This document shows, piece after piece, positions 18,005 through 28,187 of a stretch of 38,050 bases of DNA. Position 1 is the stretch's first letter. Every line of letters starts with the position of its first letter. A program made the translations under genes and the position numbers. A model generated the notes under the pieces. It was not told the DNA's origin. It saw only the letters and a list, made by a program, of their open reading frames with translations, and did no database searches. The stretch covers positions 281-38,330 of the forward strand of contig DBYT01000131.1 in the NCBI GenBank assembly GCA_002309915.1. The letters are read 5' to 3'. The stretch is from Bacteroidales bacterium UBA1179 (lineage in GTDB: Bacteria > Bacteroidota > Bacteroidia > Bacteroidales > Bacteroidaceae).

Positions 18005-18079
18005 TGATCCTTAGCAGATTTGAACTGCTGACCTCTTGCCTGTCAAGCAAGCGCTCTAAACCAACTGAGCTAAAGGATC
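18005..18079 (-). tRNA. tRNA-Val (anticodon GAC)
   Basis: The minus strand folds by hand into a 75-nt cloverleaf: GATCCTT TA GCTC AGTTGGTTTA GAGC G CTTGC TTGACAG GCAAG AGGTC AGCAG TTCAAAT CTGCT AAGGATC A. All stems are perfect. T8, GG in the D-loop and a TTCAAAT T-loop are present. CCA is not encoded. Confidence 0.9.
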
Positions 18080-18098
18080 GGTTTTTCTTAAAGCGCAG

Positions 18099-18106
18099 CA
18101 AAGGTA
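18099..18106 (-). promoter_or_regulatory. Candidate -7 box (TACCTTTG on the minus strand) for tRNA-Val
   Basis: The reverse complement of CAAAGGTA matches TAnnTTTG, 20 nt upstream of the tRNA 5' end. Confidence 0.45.
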
Positions 18107-18316
18107 CACTTATTTCCCGAATCTGCAATATTGGCTCCGTTTTTGCTTGCTGCAGATTGCAAACGGGGTTAAAAATGTATAATTTGCACAATATTATGAA
18201 GTTGTGCATAGGACAAGCGTTACAATGAGACCGGAAAATGTGTAATTTCGCGGCCGAAAATTGAAAAGTAACAAAAACAGTGTCGGCAAAGGGCCGGCAA
18301 AAACGACGTCAACTTT

Positions 18317-19993
18317 ATGAATATCAAAGGTTTCCAACCTAAACTGTTCTCTACTCTCAAGAACGGTTACAACAAACAGACTCTTGTTCAGGACCTGCTC
18401 GCAGGTGTAATTGTCGGTATAGTGGCTCTGCCGCTTGCCATTGCATTCGGTATAGCATCGGGAGCTACTCCTGAGGCCGGTATCCTCACTGCTATCGTAG
18501 CGGGTTTCATCATCTCCTTTTTTGGCGGAAGCAAGGTTCAGATAGGCGGTCCCACCGGAGCGTTCATCGTGATCGTGTACGGTATCATACAGGATTACGG
18601 CATGAACGGCTTGTGCATTGCAACCTTCATGGCAGGTGCGTTCCTTATACTCATGGGCATCCTGCATCTGGGAACCATCATCAAATATATCCCTTATCCC
18701 ATAGTCGTGGGCTTTACAAGCGGTATCGCCCTGACAATATTCGCTACCCAGATCAAAGATCTGTTCGGACTCCAGATTGAGAGTGTTCCTGCAGGTTTCC
18801 TTGACAAGTGGGTGGTTTATTTCCAGAACTTCGATACGGTAAGCTGGTGGTCACTCCTTATTGGTGTGGGCAGCATACTGATTATCGTTTTCACTCCCAA
18901 GATCAGTCGTAAAATTCCTGGTTCTCTTGTGGCAATCATCATTATGACAATTGTCTGCCTTATCCTGCGCGGTGTTGGCGTAGAGGGCATAGAGACCATC
19001 GGTGACCGTTTCTCAATATCAACCCAACTGCCTCAGGCCGAGGTTCCCAAAATCAACTGGGACAGCATCCGTCGCCTGGCTCAGCCGGCCATGGTAATTG
19101 CCATGTTGGGTGCAATTGAGTCACTGCTCTCAGCAGCAGTAGCCGATGGCGTGATTGGTGACCGTCACGACAGCAACCAGGAACTTGTGGCACAGGGTAT
19201 TGCCAATATGGTATCACCTCTGATAGGCGGTATACCTGCCACAGGCGCAATAGCACGAACCATGACCAACATCAACAACGGCGGGCGCACTCCGGTGGCA
19301 GGTATTGCGCACGCCATTGTATTGGCTTTAATCTACCTGTTCCTTATGCCGCTGGTAAAGTTCATACCTATGGCTTGCCTGGCCGGAATCCTGGTAGTCG
19401 TATCATACAACATGAGTGAGTGGCGCAGCTTCAAGGCCATCCTCAAGAACCCCAAGTCCGATATCATCGTACTGCTGGTAACATTCTTCCTGACTGTGAT
19501 ATTCGACCTTACCGTCGCAATCGAGGTTGGCGTACTGATTGCCTGCCTGCTCTGCATGAAGCGTATGGCCGAGACCACCAACGTGTCAGTGCTCAGTGAT
19601 GAGATCGATCCCAACGCCGATTCTGACGTTCAGGGCAATCTGGATCACCTGACCATCCCCGAGGGTGTCAAGGTGTATGAGATTAACGGTCCCTATTTCT
19701 TTGGCATCGGTAACAAGTTCGAGGAGATGATGGGTGATATGGGCGGTCGCGCAAAGGTTCGCATAATCCGTATGCGTAAGGTTCCGTTCATTGATTCAAC
19801 AGGCGTGCACAACCTCTCAAATATGTGCAAGATGTGTTCTCAGATGGGTGTCAAGGTTGTATTGAGCGGTGTCAATCCCAAGGTGATGAAAGTCATCGAA
19901 GACGCCGGAATGGATGAAGTTGTAGGTAAGGAGAATATCTGCAGCCACATCAATATCGCACTCAAGCGAGCCGAGGAAATCCTGGCCGAGTAA
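18317..19993 (+). CDS. SulP-family inorganic anion transporter with a C-terminal STAS domain
   Basis: 558 aa. N-terminus LLAGVIVGIVALPLAIAFGIASG is typical of SulP. Multiple TM helices. The C-terminal ~120 aa are soluble and STAS-like (VKVYEINGPYFFG...RMRKVPFIDSTG). Confidence 0.9.
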   Translation: MNIKGFQPKLFSTLKNGYNKQTLVQDLLAGVIVGIVALPLAIAFGIASGATPEAGILTAIVAGFIISFFGGSKVQIGGPTGAFIVIVYGIIQDYGMNGLCIATFMAGAFLILMGILHLGTIIKYIPYPIVVGFTSGIALTIFATQIKDLFGLQIESVPAGFLDKWVVYFQNFDTVSWWSLLIGVGSILIIVFTPKISRKIPGSLVAIIIMTIVCLILRGVGVEGIETIGDRFSISTQLPQAEVPKINWDSIRRLAQPAMVIAMLGAIESLLSAAVADGVIGDRHDSNQELVAQGIANMVSPLIGGIPATGAIARTMTNINNGGRTPVAGIAHAIVLALIYLFLMPLVKFIPMACLAGILVVVSYNMSEWRSFKAILKNPKSDIIVLLVTFFLTVIFDLTVAIEVGVLIACLLCMKRMAETTNVSVLSDEIDPNADSDVQGNLDHLTIPEGVKVYEINGPYFFGIGNKFEEMMGDMGGRAKVRIIRMRKVPFIDSTGVHNLSNMCKMCSQMGVKVVLSGVNPKVMKVIEDAGMDEVVGKENICSHINIALKRAEEILAE

Positions 19994-20019
19994 AAGGTAG
20001 TTTTCAACAGGTTATACAG

Positions 20020-20068
20020 TTGGCCCGAACCAGCACTTCAGCTGATTCGGGCCAATTGTTTGTTATTT
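20020..20068 (+). terminator. Terminator candidate after the SulP gene
   Basis: The 10-bp stem TTGGCCCGAA (20020-20029) pairs with TTCGGGCCAA (20046-20055), followed by the T-rich TTGTTTGTTATTT. The 16-nt loop is large. Confidence 0.55.
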
Positions 20069-20116
20069 AGCGAGTTGAGTTATCAACTGATTGTTAAAAA
20101 CTTTTTTAAATAAAAA

Positions 20117-20141
20117 GTGGGGCAAAGTGGGTTAAAGTGGG
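20117..20141 (+). promoter_or_regulatory. MraZ operator: three GTGGG direct repeats at 10-bp spacing
   Basis: AAAGTGGGGC AAAGTGGGTT AAAGTGGGTG, with GTGGG at 20117, 20127 and 20137. Located just upstream of the -7 box of the dcw promoter. Confidence 0.65.
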
Positions 20142-20152
20142 TGAAATTGTTT

Positions 20153-20160
20153 TAACTTTG
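20153..20160 (+). promoter_or_regulatory. Candidate -7 box (TAACTTTG) of the dcw/mraZ promoter
   Basis: Exact TAnnTTTG match 29 nt upstream of the mraZ ATG. Confidence 0.45.
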
Positions 20161-20188
20161 AAACCGAATATCGATTATCGGCATAAAA

Positions 20189-20644
20189 ATGAGCTTCATA
20201 GGTCAGTTCCCCGTACGTCTGGACGCAAAGAACAGAGCGTTCATGCCCGCCGGATTCCGCCGCATCCTGCAGCAGTCCGAGAGCCAGACACTGGTGGTCC
20301 GCAAGGACTACTTTGAGAACTGTCTTGTGGTTTATCCTGCAGCACAGTGGCAGGAGGAGATTGCAAAGGTGCGTGCCAAGCTGAACCGTTTTGACGGAAA
20401 CCAGCAGATGGTATACCGCAAACTTGTATCTGAGGCTCAGGAAGTGCAGCTGGACAGCAACGGACGCATGCTGTTGCCGCAGGCCTTGCTTGACAAGGTG
20501 GGCATCAAGCAGGATGCTCTGTTTGTAGGAATGGAGCAGACCATAGAGATATGGGCTCCTGACATTGCGGCTACGGAGAGCAAGCAGCCGTTCATGTCGG
20601 ACAGCGATTTTGCCGATAACCTGAAAAAATTCATGACTGAGTGA
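20189..20644 (+). CDS. mraZ: Transcriptional regulator MraZ
   Basis: 151 aa. Duplicated SpoVT/AbrB-like halves with LDAKNRAFMP and LDSNGRMLLP (DxxxR motifs). First gene of the dcw cluster. Confidence 0.93.
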   Translation: MSFIGQFPVRLDAKNRAFMPAGFRRILQQSESQTLVVRKDYFENCLVVYPAAQWQEEIAKVRAKLNRFDGNQQMVYRKLVSEAQEVQLDSNGRMLLPQALLDKVGIKQDALFVGMEQTIEIWAPDIAATESKQPFMSDSDFADNLKKFMTE

Positions 20645-20669
20645 TACGTACTATACACATAACAGGTAA

Positions 20670-21578
20670 GTGGACACAAGTGGGACATATCATGTGCCGG
20701 TTCTTCTCAGACAGAGTGTAGAAGGACTTGTGGTGGACCCTGACGGGGTCTATGTGGATGCCACCTTCGGTGGTGGTGGCCACTCACGCGAGATAGTGTC
20801 CCGACTCAGCAGCAAAGGTCATCTGTACGGTTTCGACCAGGATGCCGATACCATGAACAACATAATCCGTGACGACCGCTTTACTTTCGTCTATTCCAAT
20901 TTCCGTTACATGCCCAATTTCATGCGCTGGTACGGCCATGAGAAGGTTACGGGCATTCTTGCCGATCTGGGCGTTTCATGGCATCACTTTGATGACAGCA
21001 CACGCGGATTCTCATTCCGTTTCGAGGGGCCCATTGATATGCGCATGAACCAGAAGGAGGGGATGAAGGCATCGGACGTACTCAATGAGTACCCCGAGGA
21101 GAAGCTGGCACAGTTGTTCTGGCTGTACGGTGAACTGCAGAACGGACGTCAGGTGGCCTCTGCCATCGGCCGTGCCCGTAAGAACAGCCGCCTGGAGACT
21201 GTCACACAGCTGCTGGATGCCGTCCGTCCGGTTATAGGACGTGAACGTGAAAAGAAAGATACCGCCAAACTGTTCCAGGCTCTGCGTATGGAGGTGAACC
21301 ATGAGGTTGACGCCCTGCGTGAGATGCTGACCGGTGCAGTGGGACTGCTTGACAAGGGCGGACGTCTGGTGGTGATAACATATCACTCCATCGAGGACCG
21401 CATGGTCAAGAACCTGATGAAGAGCGGAAACATAGAGGGTGATATAGAGACGGATTTCTACGGAAACCGTCTGGTGCCGTTCAAGGCCATAGGGAAACCT
21501 GTTATTCCCGATGCTGCCGAGCAGGCTGCCAACCCGCGTTCCCGCAGTGCCAAACTGAGAATAGCCGAGAAGATCTGA
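20670..21578 (+). CDS. rsmH: 16S rRNA (cytosine1402-N4)-methyltransferase RsmH
   Basis: 302 aa with a GTG start (no in-frame ATG before the conserved YHVPVLL). Also DATFGGGGHS, GFDQD, LADLGVSWHHFD and ITYHSIEDR. Confidence 0.9.
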   Translation: MDTSGTYHVPVLLRQSVEGLVVDPDGVYVDATFGGGGHSREIVSRLSSKGHLYGFDQDADTMNNIIRDDRFTFVYSNFRYMPNFMRWYGHEKVTGILADLGVSWHHFDDSTRGFSFRFEGPIDMRMNQKEGMKASDVLNEYPEEKLAQLFWLYGELQNGRQVASAIGRARKNSRLETVTQLLDAVRPVIGREREKKDTAKLFQALRMEVNHEVDALREMLTGAVGLLDKGGRLVVITYHSIEDRMVKNLMKSGNIEGDIETDFYGNRLVPFKAIGKPVIPDAAEQAANPRSRSAKLRIAEKI

Positions 21579-21579
21579 T

Positions 21580-21900
21580 ATGGAAGATGCTACGCAGAAC
21601 ACCGTAAAGCGCAAGGGACTGATGAAGTCCATGCCGGATCTTATCCAGCGCAATTTCTGGCTGCTGCTGGAGATTCTGGGTTGCGTTATCTTCTATATCG
21701 GCAACCGATATGCATACCAGCGTGACCAGGCTTACGCTGAAAGACTCAGACGCGAGCTGGTGGACATGCAGTACCAGACTCTGAATACCACGAGTGACGT
21801 ATCGGCCAAGAGTAAACCGTCATACGTGGAGAAAGTGGCTACCCGGAACGGCTCCGGACTGCAGCCCAGTACAGAACCGCCGTACAAACTGCCCAAATGA
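21580..21900 (+). CDS. ftsL: FtsL-like cell division protein (single-pass membrane protein)
   Basis: 106 aa with one TM (FWLLLEILGCVIFYIG) followed by a coiled-coil-like segment. The call is mainly positional (between rsmH and ftsI). ATGA overlap with ftsI. Confidence 0.6.
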   Translation: MEDATQNTVKRKGLMKSMPDLIQRNFWLLLEILGCVIFYIGNRYAYQRDQAYAERLRRELVDMQYQTLNTTSDVSAKSKPSYVEKVATRNGSGLQPSTEPPYKLPK

Positions 21901-24083
21901 ATATGGCTGAAAAGGACGATGCACGCAAGCAGGAGAAGAAGAGGGTATCCCGAAAATACCTCTCTCTGTTCCTGCTCATGCTTGTGTGGGGCGCTCTCAT
22001 AATCATCAAGATGGTTATGGTCATGTTCGGCGAGAGACAGTACTGGAATGATGTGGAGCGTAACATGACTCCGGTCAACAGGGTTATCGAACCGCGTCGC
22101 GGCAATATCCTGAGTGATGAGGGACTGCTGCTGGCAAGCAGTATGAAGCAGTACCGCATATTCCTGGATTTCCGTACGGCCGAGAAGGATGAGGCGCGTG
22201 CCAGAAAGGACCAGATGCGTAAGGACACGCTCTACACCAAGCATCTGGCCGAGTTCGCACGTCAGATGCACGAGATATTCCCCAAGTACTCGATTCAGGA
22301 GTTTGCAGACCACTATCAGAAAGGTTATGAGTCCAAGTCACATTCATGGCTCCTCCTGCCCGGAACATCAAGAAACTCATATCCCGTTTCATACAACCAG
22401 TACAAGTCGCTTGTAAAGACCGTTTGGCTCAAACCCAAGTATGAGATGTGGTTCTACAGCGCCGAGTCCAAGATATCACGTCAGAAACCGTTCGGTGCCC
22501 TGGCCGCACGTACCATAGGTAGCATGTATGAGGCCAAGGACTCGGCCCGTAACGGTCTGGAACTCTCGTTTGACTCGCTTCTGCGCGGTGTTCCGGGACG
22601 AGGGCATCAGGAGAAGGTGCAGAACGTTACCCGTATGGTGGCCGATGTTCCTCAGATTGACGGCTGTGACGTACACACCACTATCAACGTGGATATGCAG
22701 GATATTGCCGAGGTTGCACTGCGCAAGGTGATGGATACTCACAACGCCGCCTCGGGCATCGTGGTGCTGATGGAGGTCAAGACGGGTGACATCAAGGCCA
22801 TGGCCAGTCTCACCAAGACGGCTCCCGGTCAGTTTGATGAGATACAGAACAATGCGGTCAGGGAGATATACGAGCCCGGTTCCACATTCAAACCCGTATC
22901 CATGATGGTGGCGCTTGATGCAGGTAAGATAAACCTCAAGGACAGTGTCTACTGCGAGAAGGGTGTCTATACCGGATTCGGCGGTTCCCGTATGACCGAT
23001 TCACATGAGTACGGATGGCTGGATGTTCCGCATATCATAGCCAATTCCAGCAATATCGGCACATCAAAACTGATACATGCCGCTTATAAGGATAATCCGC
23101 AGGAGTTTGTGGACGGTGTCTACCGCACAGGAATCAACACCCATTTCGGACTGCAGCTTACCGGTACGGCAGCGCCTGTGATAAGACGTGACGGCTACTG
23201 GGATGCCACACGCCTGCCCTGGATGTCGATAGGTTACAACACACAGCTGCCTGTCATCAATACTCTGGCGTTCTACAACGGCATAGCCAACGGCGGCTGT
23301 ATGGTGGCTCCGCGTCTGGTTACCAGGGTTACCCGTGAGGATGAGGTGGTAAAGGAGTTCCCCGTGGAGGTGGTGGTACGCCATATGTGCAAGGACGAGA
23401 CTCTGGCTAAGGTAAAGAGCATGCTGGAGCTTGTGGTGATTGACGGTACCGGAAAGAATGCCGGTTCAAAATACTTCACGGTTGCCGGAAAGACCGGTAC
23501 GGCACAGCTCTCACAGGGCTCGGCCGGTTACAGGGACGGACCGCGCAGATACATGGTATCGTTCTGCGGTTATTTCCCGGCCGATAACCCTCAATACTCA
23601 TGCATAGTATCGGTTCGTACCGACGGCGGTGCGGCAGGCGGTGCCACATGGGCCGCTCCCGCATTCCATGAGATATCCGAGAAGGTTATGGCCAGTCGTA
23701 ACCTGAGGGATGTGCATGAGGCGTATGACTCCGTCCGTCAGTTCATACCCAAGGTTATGCCGGGTGATCTGGCCAAGGCAAGCACAGTGCTCAAGGGACT
23801 TGGCAAGAAAAACCTGATGCGCAAAATTGACCGTTCACTGCCTGACAGCATATGGGGATCGGTCAGTTCCGATTCGGGCCGATACGTGATGAACTATGTG
23901 GAGTACGCTGAAGGCGTTGTTCCCGATGTACGCGGGATGGGGGCATCGGACGCCCTTTATCTGCTGGAGCGTATGGGAATGAGAGTGAGCATAGAGGGCG
24001 TGGGTAAGGTAAAGACCCAGGTTCCTTCACGCAATACCCGTTTCAGGAAGGGTGACAGAATACAGTTAACATTATCAATGTGA
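21897..24083 (+). CDS. ftsI: Class B penicillin-binding protein (FtsI-type transpeptidase) with a C-terminal PASTA domain
   Basis: 728 aa. Motifs STFK (EPGSTFKP), SSN (ANSSNIG) and KTGT (AGKTGTA). C-terminal [27 protein letters not shown] is PASTA-like. Confidence 0.9.
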   Translation: MNMAEKDDARKQEKKRVSRKYLSLFLLMLVWGALIIIKMVMVMFGERQYWNDVERNMTPVNRVIEPRRGNILSDEGLLLASSMKQYRIFLDFRTAEKDEARARKDQMRKDTLYTKHLAEFARQMHEIFPKYSIQEFADHYQKGYESKSHSWLLLPGTSRNSYPVSYNQYKSLVKTVWLKPKYEMWFYSAESKISRQKPFGALAARTIGSMYEAKDSARNGLELSFDSLLRGVPGRGHQEKVQNVTRMVADVPQIDGCDVHTTINVDMQDIAEVALRKVMDTHNAASGIVVLMEVKTGDIKAMASLTKTAPGQFDEIQNNAVREIYEPGSTFKPVSMMVALDAGKINLKDSVYCEKGVYTGFGGSRMTDSHEYGWLDVPHIIANSSNIGTSKLIHAAYKDNPQEFVDGVYRTGINTHFGLQLTGTAAPVIRRDGYWDATRLPWMSIGYNTQLPVINTLAFYNGIANGGCMVAPRLVTRVTREDEVVKEFPVEVVVRHMCKDETLAKVKSMLELVVIDGTGKNAGSKYFTVAGKTGTAQLSQGSAGYRDGPRRYMVSFCGYFPADNPQYSCIVSVRTDGGAAGGATWAAPAFHEISEKVMASRNLRDVHEAYDSVRQFIPKVMPGDLAKASTVLKGLGKKNLMRKIDRSLPDSIWGSVSSDSGRYVMNYVEYAEGVVPDVRGMGASDALYLLERMGMRVSIEGVGKVKTQVPSRNTRFRKGDRIQLTLSM

Positions 24084-24088
24084 CATAT

Positions 24089-25537
24089 ATGGTGACAATT
24101 GGAGAACTTATTGCAGGACTTAAGATACTCAGGACGGTAGGCGATACCGGAGTTGAGGTTACCGATATCCAGCTGGATTCACGCAAGGCAGCCAAGGGAT
24201 GCCTGTTCGTGGCCATGCGCGGTACGACCGTTGACGGTCATCAGTTCATACCCAAGGCTATAGAGTTGGGTGCAACATCTGTTTTGTGTGAGGTCATGCC
24301 CGATGAGACTGCAAAGGGAGTGACTTACATACAGGTGCCTGACTGCGAGGATGTGGTGGGCACGGTAGCCACAAGGTTCTTCGGCAACCCCACAGACAAG
24401 GTCAAACTGGTGGGCGTTACCGGCACCAACGGCAAGACCACGATCGCCACATTGCTTTATAACATGTTCCGCAAGTTCGGATACAAGACAGGCCTGCTGT
24501 CAACGGTATGCAATTACATAGACGGTGAGCCCATTCCTGCCGATCACACCACCCCCGATGCAGTGACGCTGAACCGTCTGCTGGGACGTATGGCCGATGA
24601 AGGGTGCAAGTACGTATTCATGGAGTGCAGCTCGCACGCCATAGTACAGAAGCGCATTGGCGGACTCAAGTATGCCGGCGGCATATTCACCAACCTGACT
24701 CGTGACCATCTGGATTACCATAAGACGGTTGAGAACTACCTCAAGGCCAAGAAGAAGTTCTTTGACGATATGCCCAAGGATGCTTTCGTGGTTACCAATC
24801 TGGACGATAAGAACGGTCTGGTCATGACACAGAACACCAAGGCCAAGGTTACCACATACTCCCTGCGCAGCATGAGCGATTTCAAGGGCCGTCTGCTGGA
24901 GTCCGGTTTTGACGGGATGCTGCTGGAGATAAACGGACGTGAGGTGTTCCTCAAGTTCATAGGCAAGTTCAACGCAAGCAACCTGCTGGCCGTCTATGGA
25001 ACGGCAGTCAACCTGGGCCGAGACCCGATGGAGGTGCTCACCGTGATGAGTACCCTGGTTCCGGTGAACGGCCGTTTCGATGCAATACGCTCACCCAAGG
25101 GTTTCACCGCAATTGTGGATTACGCACATACCCCCGATGCCCTGACCAACGTACTCACCACAATCGTGGATGTTCTGGATGGCAAGGGCCAGATAATAAC
25201 CGTTGTGGGTGCCGGCGGCAACCGCGACAAGGGCAAGCGCCCGCTTATGGCCAAGGAGAGCGTCAAATACAGCGACAAGGTGATAATCACATCCGATAAC
25301 CCCCGTTTTGAGGAGCCTCAGGATATAATAAACGATATGCTGGCCGGTCTTACCAAGGAGGATATGCAGAAGGTGATATCCATTGTTGACCGCCGCGAGG
25401 CCATACGTACCGCATGCATGATTGCACAGGCCGGCGATGTTATCCTGGTGGCCGGCAAGGGTCATGAGGATTATCAGGAGATAAAGGGAGTCAAGCACCA
25501 TTTTGACGACCATGAGGTTATTCGTGAATGCTTTTAA
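24089..25537 (+). CDS. murE: UDP-N-acetylmuramoyl-L-alanyl-D-glutamate--2,6-diaminopimelate ligase MurE
   Basis: P-loop [10 protein letters not shown]. The DNPR motif (TSDNPRFE) indicates meso-DAP specificity. The ATG at 24089 is preferred, though the in-frame GTG at 24080 overlapping the ftsI stop is possible. Confidence 0.92.
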   Translation: MVTIGELIAGLKILRTVGDTGVEVTDIQLDSRKAAKGCLFVAMRGTTVDGHQFIPKAIELGATSVLCEVMPDETAKGVTYIQVPDCEDVVGTVATRFFGNPTDKVKLVGVTGTNGKTTIATLLYNMFRKFGYKTGLLSTVCNYIDGEPIPADHTTPDAVTLNRLLGRMADEGCKYVFMECSSHAIVQKRIGGLKYAGGIFTNLTRDHLDYHKTVENYLKAKKKFFDDMPKDAFVVTNLDDKNGLVMTQNTKAKVTTYSLRSMSDFKGRLLESGFDGMLLEINGREVFLKFIGKFNASNLLAVYGTAVNLGRDPMEVLTVMSTLVPVNGRFDAIRSPKGFTAIVDYAHTPDALTNVLTTIVDVLDGKGQIITVVGAGGNRDKGKRPLMAKESVKYSDKVIITSDNPRFEEPQDIINDMLAGLTKEDMQKVISIVDRREAIRTACMIAQAGDVILVAGKGHEDYQEIKGVKHHFDDHEVIRECF

Positions 25538-25548
25538 AAATGGTATAG

Positions 25549-26835
25549 ATGCTGTACAGTCTGTTTGAATACTTGAAGAATGCCGGAGTTGATATTCCGG
25601 GCGGAGGAATGTTCAGTTATGTGACCTTCAGAGCCATTTTCGCTCTGGTCATGTCACTGGTTGTGTCATGCTGGTTCGGCAGTCATTTCATTGACATGCT
25701 CAAGAAACGTAACATATCCGAGACGCAGCGTGACGTGAAACTGGATCCGTTCGGCGTGACCAAGAAGGGCGTACCCACTATGGGCGGTGTGATTATCATA
25801 GTGGCTATCCTGCTTCCCTGTGTCCTGATAGGTGACCTGAAGAATGTCTATATGTGGCTCATGCTCATAACCACCGTAATTCTAGGTGTCATTGGTTTTG
25901 CCGATGATTACATCAAGACATTCCGCGGTAACAAGGACGGTCTGAACGGCTGGCTCAAGGTTACAGGCCAGTTGGCACTGGGTCTGATAGTGGGCCTGAC
26001 TCTGCGTTACAGCCCGCAGGTGGTTATCAACGAGAAGGTTGAGACACGCATAGAGAACAACACCGAGATAGTTGTCAAGACTCCCGATGTCAAATCAACC
26101 CGTACCACCATACCGTTCTTCAAGAACCATAACCTTAACTATGCCGACGCATTCGGCTGGCTGGGTGAAAATACCAAGTACAAGGCCGGATGGATATTCT
26201 TTGTGTTGCTCACCCTCTTTGTGGTGACCGCGGTATCCAACGGTTCCAACCTGAATGACGGCATGGACGGCATGGCTGCAGGTAACAGCGCCATAATAGG
26301 AGTGACGCTGGGTATTCTGGCATACGTATCCAGTAACGTCGTGACCGCCAGTCACTTTGACCTTATGTATGTGCCCGGAAGCCAGGAGGTGGTTGTATAT
26401 CTGGCCGCATTCGTGGGTGCTCTGATAGGTTTCCTGTGGTTCAACTCATACCCGGCACAGATATTCATGGGCGATACGGGCAGTCTGACCATAGGCGGTA
26501 TCATTGCTGTGGCAGCGCTCTGCATACACAAGGAACTGCTGCTTCCAATACTGTGCGGCGTGTTCCTGGTGGAGAGCCTGTCTGTCATTTGCCAGCGTTT
26601 CTATTACAAGTTGGGTAAACGCAAGGGTGTGCATCAGCGCATATGGAAGCGTACTCCCATACATGACCATTACCGTACAAGCATGGAACAGGTGCTCAAG
26701 GCCGATCCTACAAGCACCGTAAAGTTCCACGGTAATGACAACAAGTTACAGTTTGAGACCAAGATAACGCTCAGGACCTGGATCATAAGCATAGGTCTTG
26801 CAGCACTGACAATATTGACCTTGAAAATCAGATGA
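25549..26835 (+). CDS. mraY: Phospho-N-acetylmuramoyl-pentapeptide transferase MraY
   Basis: 428 aa polytopic membrane protein. Motifs GFADDYIK, NGSNLNDGMDGMAAG, FMGDTGSL and PIHDH. Confidence 0.93.
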   Translation: MLYSLFEYLKNAGVDIPGGGMFSYVTFRAIFALVMSLVVSCWFGSHFIDMLKKRNISETQRDVKLDPFGVTKKGVPTMGGVIIIVAILLPCVLIGDLKNVYMWLMLITTVILGVIGFADDYIKTFRGNKDGLNGWLKVTGQLALGLIVGLTLRYSPQVVINEKVETRIENNTEIVVKTPDVKSTRTTIPFFKNHNLNYADAFGWLGENTKYKAGWIFFVLLTLFVVTAVSNGSNLNDGMDGMAAGNSAIIGVTLGILAYVSSNVVTASHFDLMYVPGSQEVVVYLAAFVGALIGFLWFNSYPAQIFMGDTGSLTIGGIIAVAALCIHKELLLPILCGVFLVESLSVICQRFYYKLGKRKGVHQRIWKRTPIHDHYRTSMEQVLKADPTSTVKFHGNDNKLQFETKITLRTWIISIGLAALTILTLKIR

Positions 26836-28178
26836 GAATTATGTCACAGAAGAAGATTGTTGTTCTGGGTGCAGGAGAGAGTGGTACAGGTGCCGCCATA
26901 TTGGCTAAGGCCAAGGGATTTGACGTGTTTGTATCGGACCTGTCGGAGATTAAGGAACATTACCGTAATGAACTGGACCTGCGCGGAATAGAGTGGGAAC
27001 AGAAACAGCATACCGAGGAGCGTATCCTGGCTGCTGATGAGGTAATCAAGAGTCCGGGTATCCCCAAGGAGGCTCCCATAATACAGAAACTCATGGCCCA
27101 GGGTACCCCTATCATATCGGAGATAGAGTTTGCCGGCCGGTACACAAACGCCAAGATGATATGCATCACCGGATCGAACGGCAAGACCACGACCACATCG
27201 CTCATTTACCATATATTCAAGATGGCCGGCATGAACGTGGGCCTGGCCGGTAACATAGGCAGCAGCCTGGCATGGCAGGTGGCCGAGAAGAACTTTGACT
27301 ACTATGTCATTGAGTTGAGCAGTTTCCAGTTGGATAACATGTATGACTTCAAGGCTGATATTGCCATCCTCATGAACATAACCCCCGATCATCTGGACCG
27401 TTATGACCATGAGATGCAGAACTATGTTGACGCCAAGATGCGCGTAATCCGCAACCAGACCAAGGATGACGCTTTCGTTTACTGGAGCGATGATCCCATC
27501 ATCACCCGTGAACTCAAGAAGTACGGTCTGCAGGCTACCCTCTATCCCTTCGCAGAGGCCAAGAGGGAAGATCTGGCAGCTTATGTCGAGGACGAAACCC
27601 TTTACTTTACCAAGCCTTACGCCTTCAACATGGAGCAGGAGTCACTCTCGCTCACAGGCAAGCATAACCTCTACAACTCAATGGCTGCGGGAATATCGGC
27701 CAACATAGCCGGTATCAAGAGCGAGACAATACGTAAGGCCCTGCAGACATTCCAGGGCGTGGAGCACCGTCTGGAGCGTGTGACCCGCGTGAACGGAGTT
27801 GATTTCATCAATGACTCCAAGGCTACCAACGTGAACAGTTGCTGGTATGCCCTGCAGAGCATGCCTGTAAAGTGCGTGCTGATTCTGGGAGGTAAGGACA
27901 AGGGCAATGACTACAATGAGATAGCCGACCTGGTACGCGAGAAATGCTGTGGTCTGGTCTATATGGGTCTGCACAATGAGAAACTGCACGGTTTCTTTGA
28001 CGGATTCGGACTTCCCGTGGCCGATGTGCAGTCAATGAAGGATGCGGTTGATGCTGCATACAAGATGGCTCACCCGGGTGAGATCGTGCTGCTGAGTCCC
28101 TGCTGTGCCAGCTTTGACCTATTCAAGAGTTACGAGGACCGCGGCGAACAGTTCAAGGCTTGCGTGAGAGCATTGTAA
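26832..28178 (+). CDS. murD: UDP-N-acetylmuramoylalanine--D-glutamate ligase MurD
   Basis: N-terminal VVLGAGESGTG and P-loop ITGSNGKTTTTS. Start is either the ATGA overlap at 26832 or the ATG at 26841. Confidence 0.92.
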   Translation: MRIMSQKKIVVLGAGESGTGAAILAKAKGFDVFVSDLSEIKEHYRNELDLRGIEWEQKQHTEERILAADEVIKSPGIPKEAPIIQKLMAQGTPIISEIEFAGRYTNAKMICITGSNGKTTTTSLIYHIFKMAGMNVGLAGNIGSSLAWQVAEKNFDYYVIELSSFQLDNMYDFKADIAILMNITPDHLDRYDHEMQNYVDAKMRVIRNQTKDDAFVYWSDDPIITRELKKYGLQATLYPFAEAKREDLAAYVEDETLYFTKPYAFNMEQESLSLTGKHNLYNSMAAGISANIAGIKSETIRKALQTFQGVEHRLERVTRVNGVDFINDSKATNVNSCWYALQSMPVKCVLILGGKDKGNDYNEIADLVREKCCGLVYMGLHNEKLHGFFDGFGLPVADVQSMKDAVDAAYKMAHPGEIVLLSPCCASFDLFKSYEDRGEQFKACVRAL

Positions 28179-28187
28179 TTAAAGGAT

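Noticed and set aside
17954-18316. tRNA-Val (and likewise tRNA-Glu at 36217-36288) as an integration hotspot flanking a genomic island.
   Set aside because: There is no integrase, transposase or phage gene on either side. I noticed no duplicated copy of the tRNA 3' end. The neighbouring genes are ordinary chromosomal genes.
20111-20145. Three 10-bp direct repeats considered as a mini CRISPR, satellite or iteron.
   Set aside because: The units are contiguous without spacers and there are only three copies. Their position and GTGGG core fit the MraZ operator directly upstream of mraZ.
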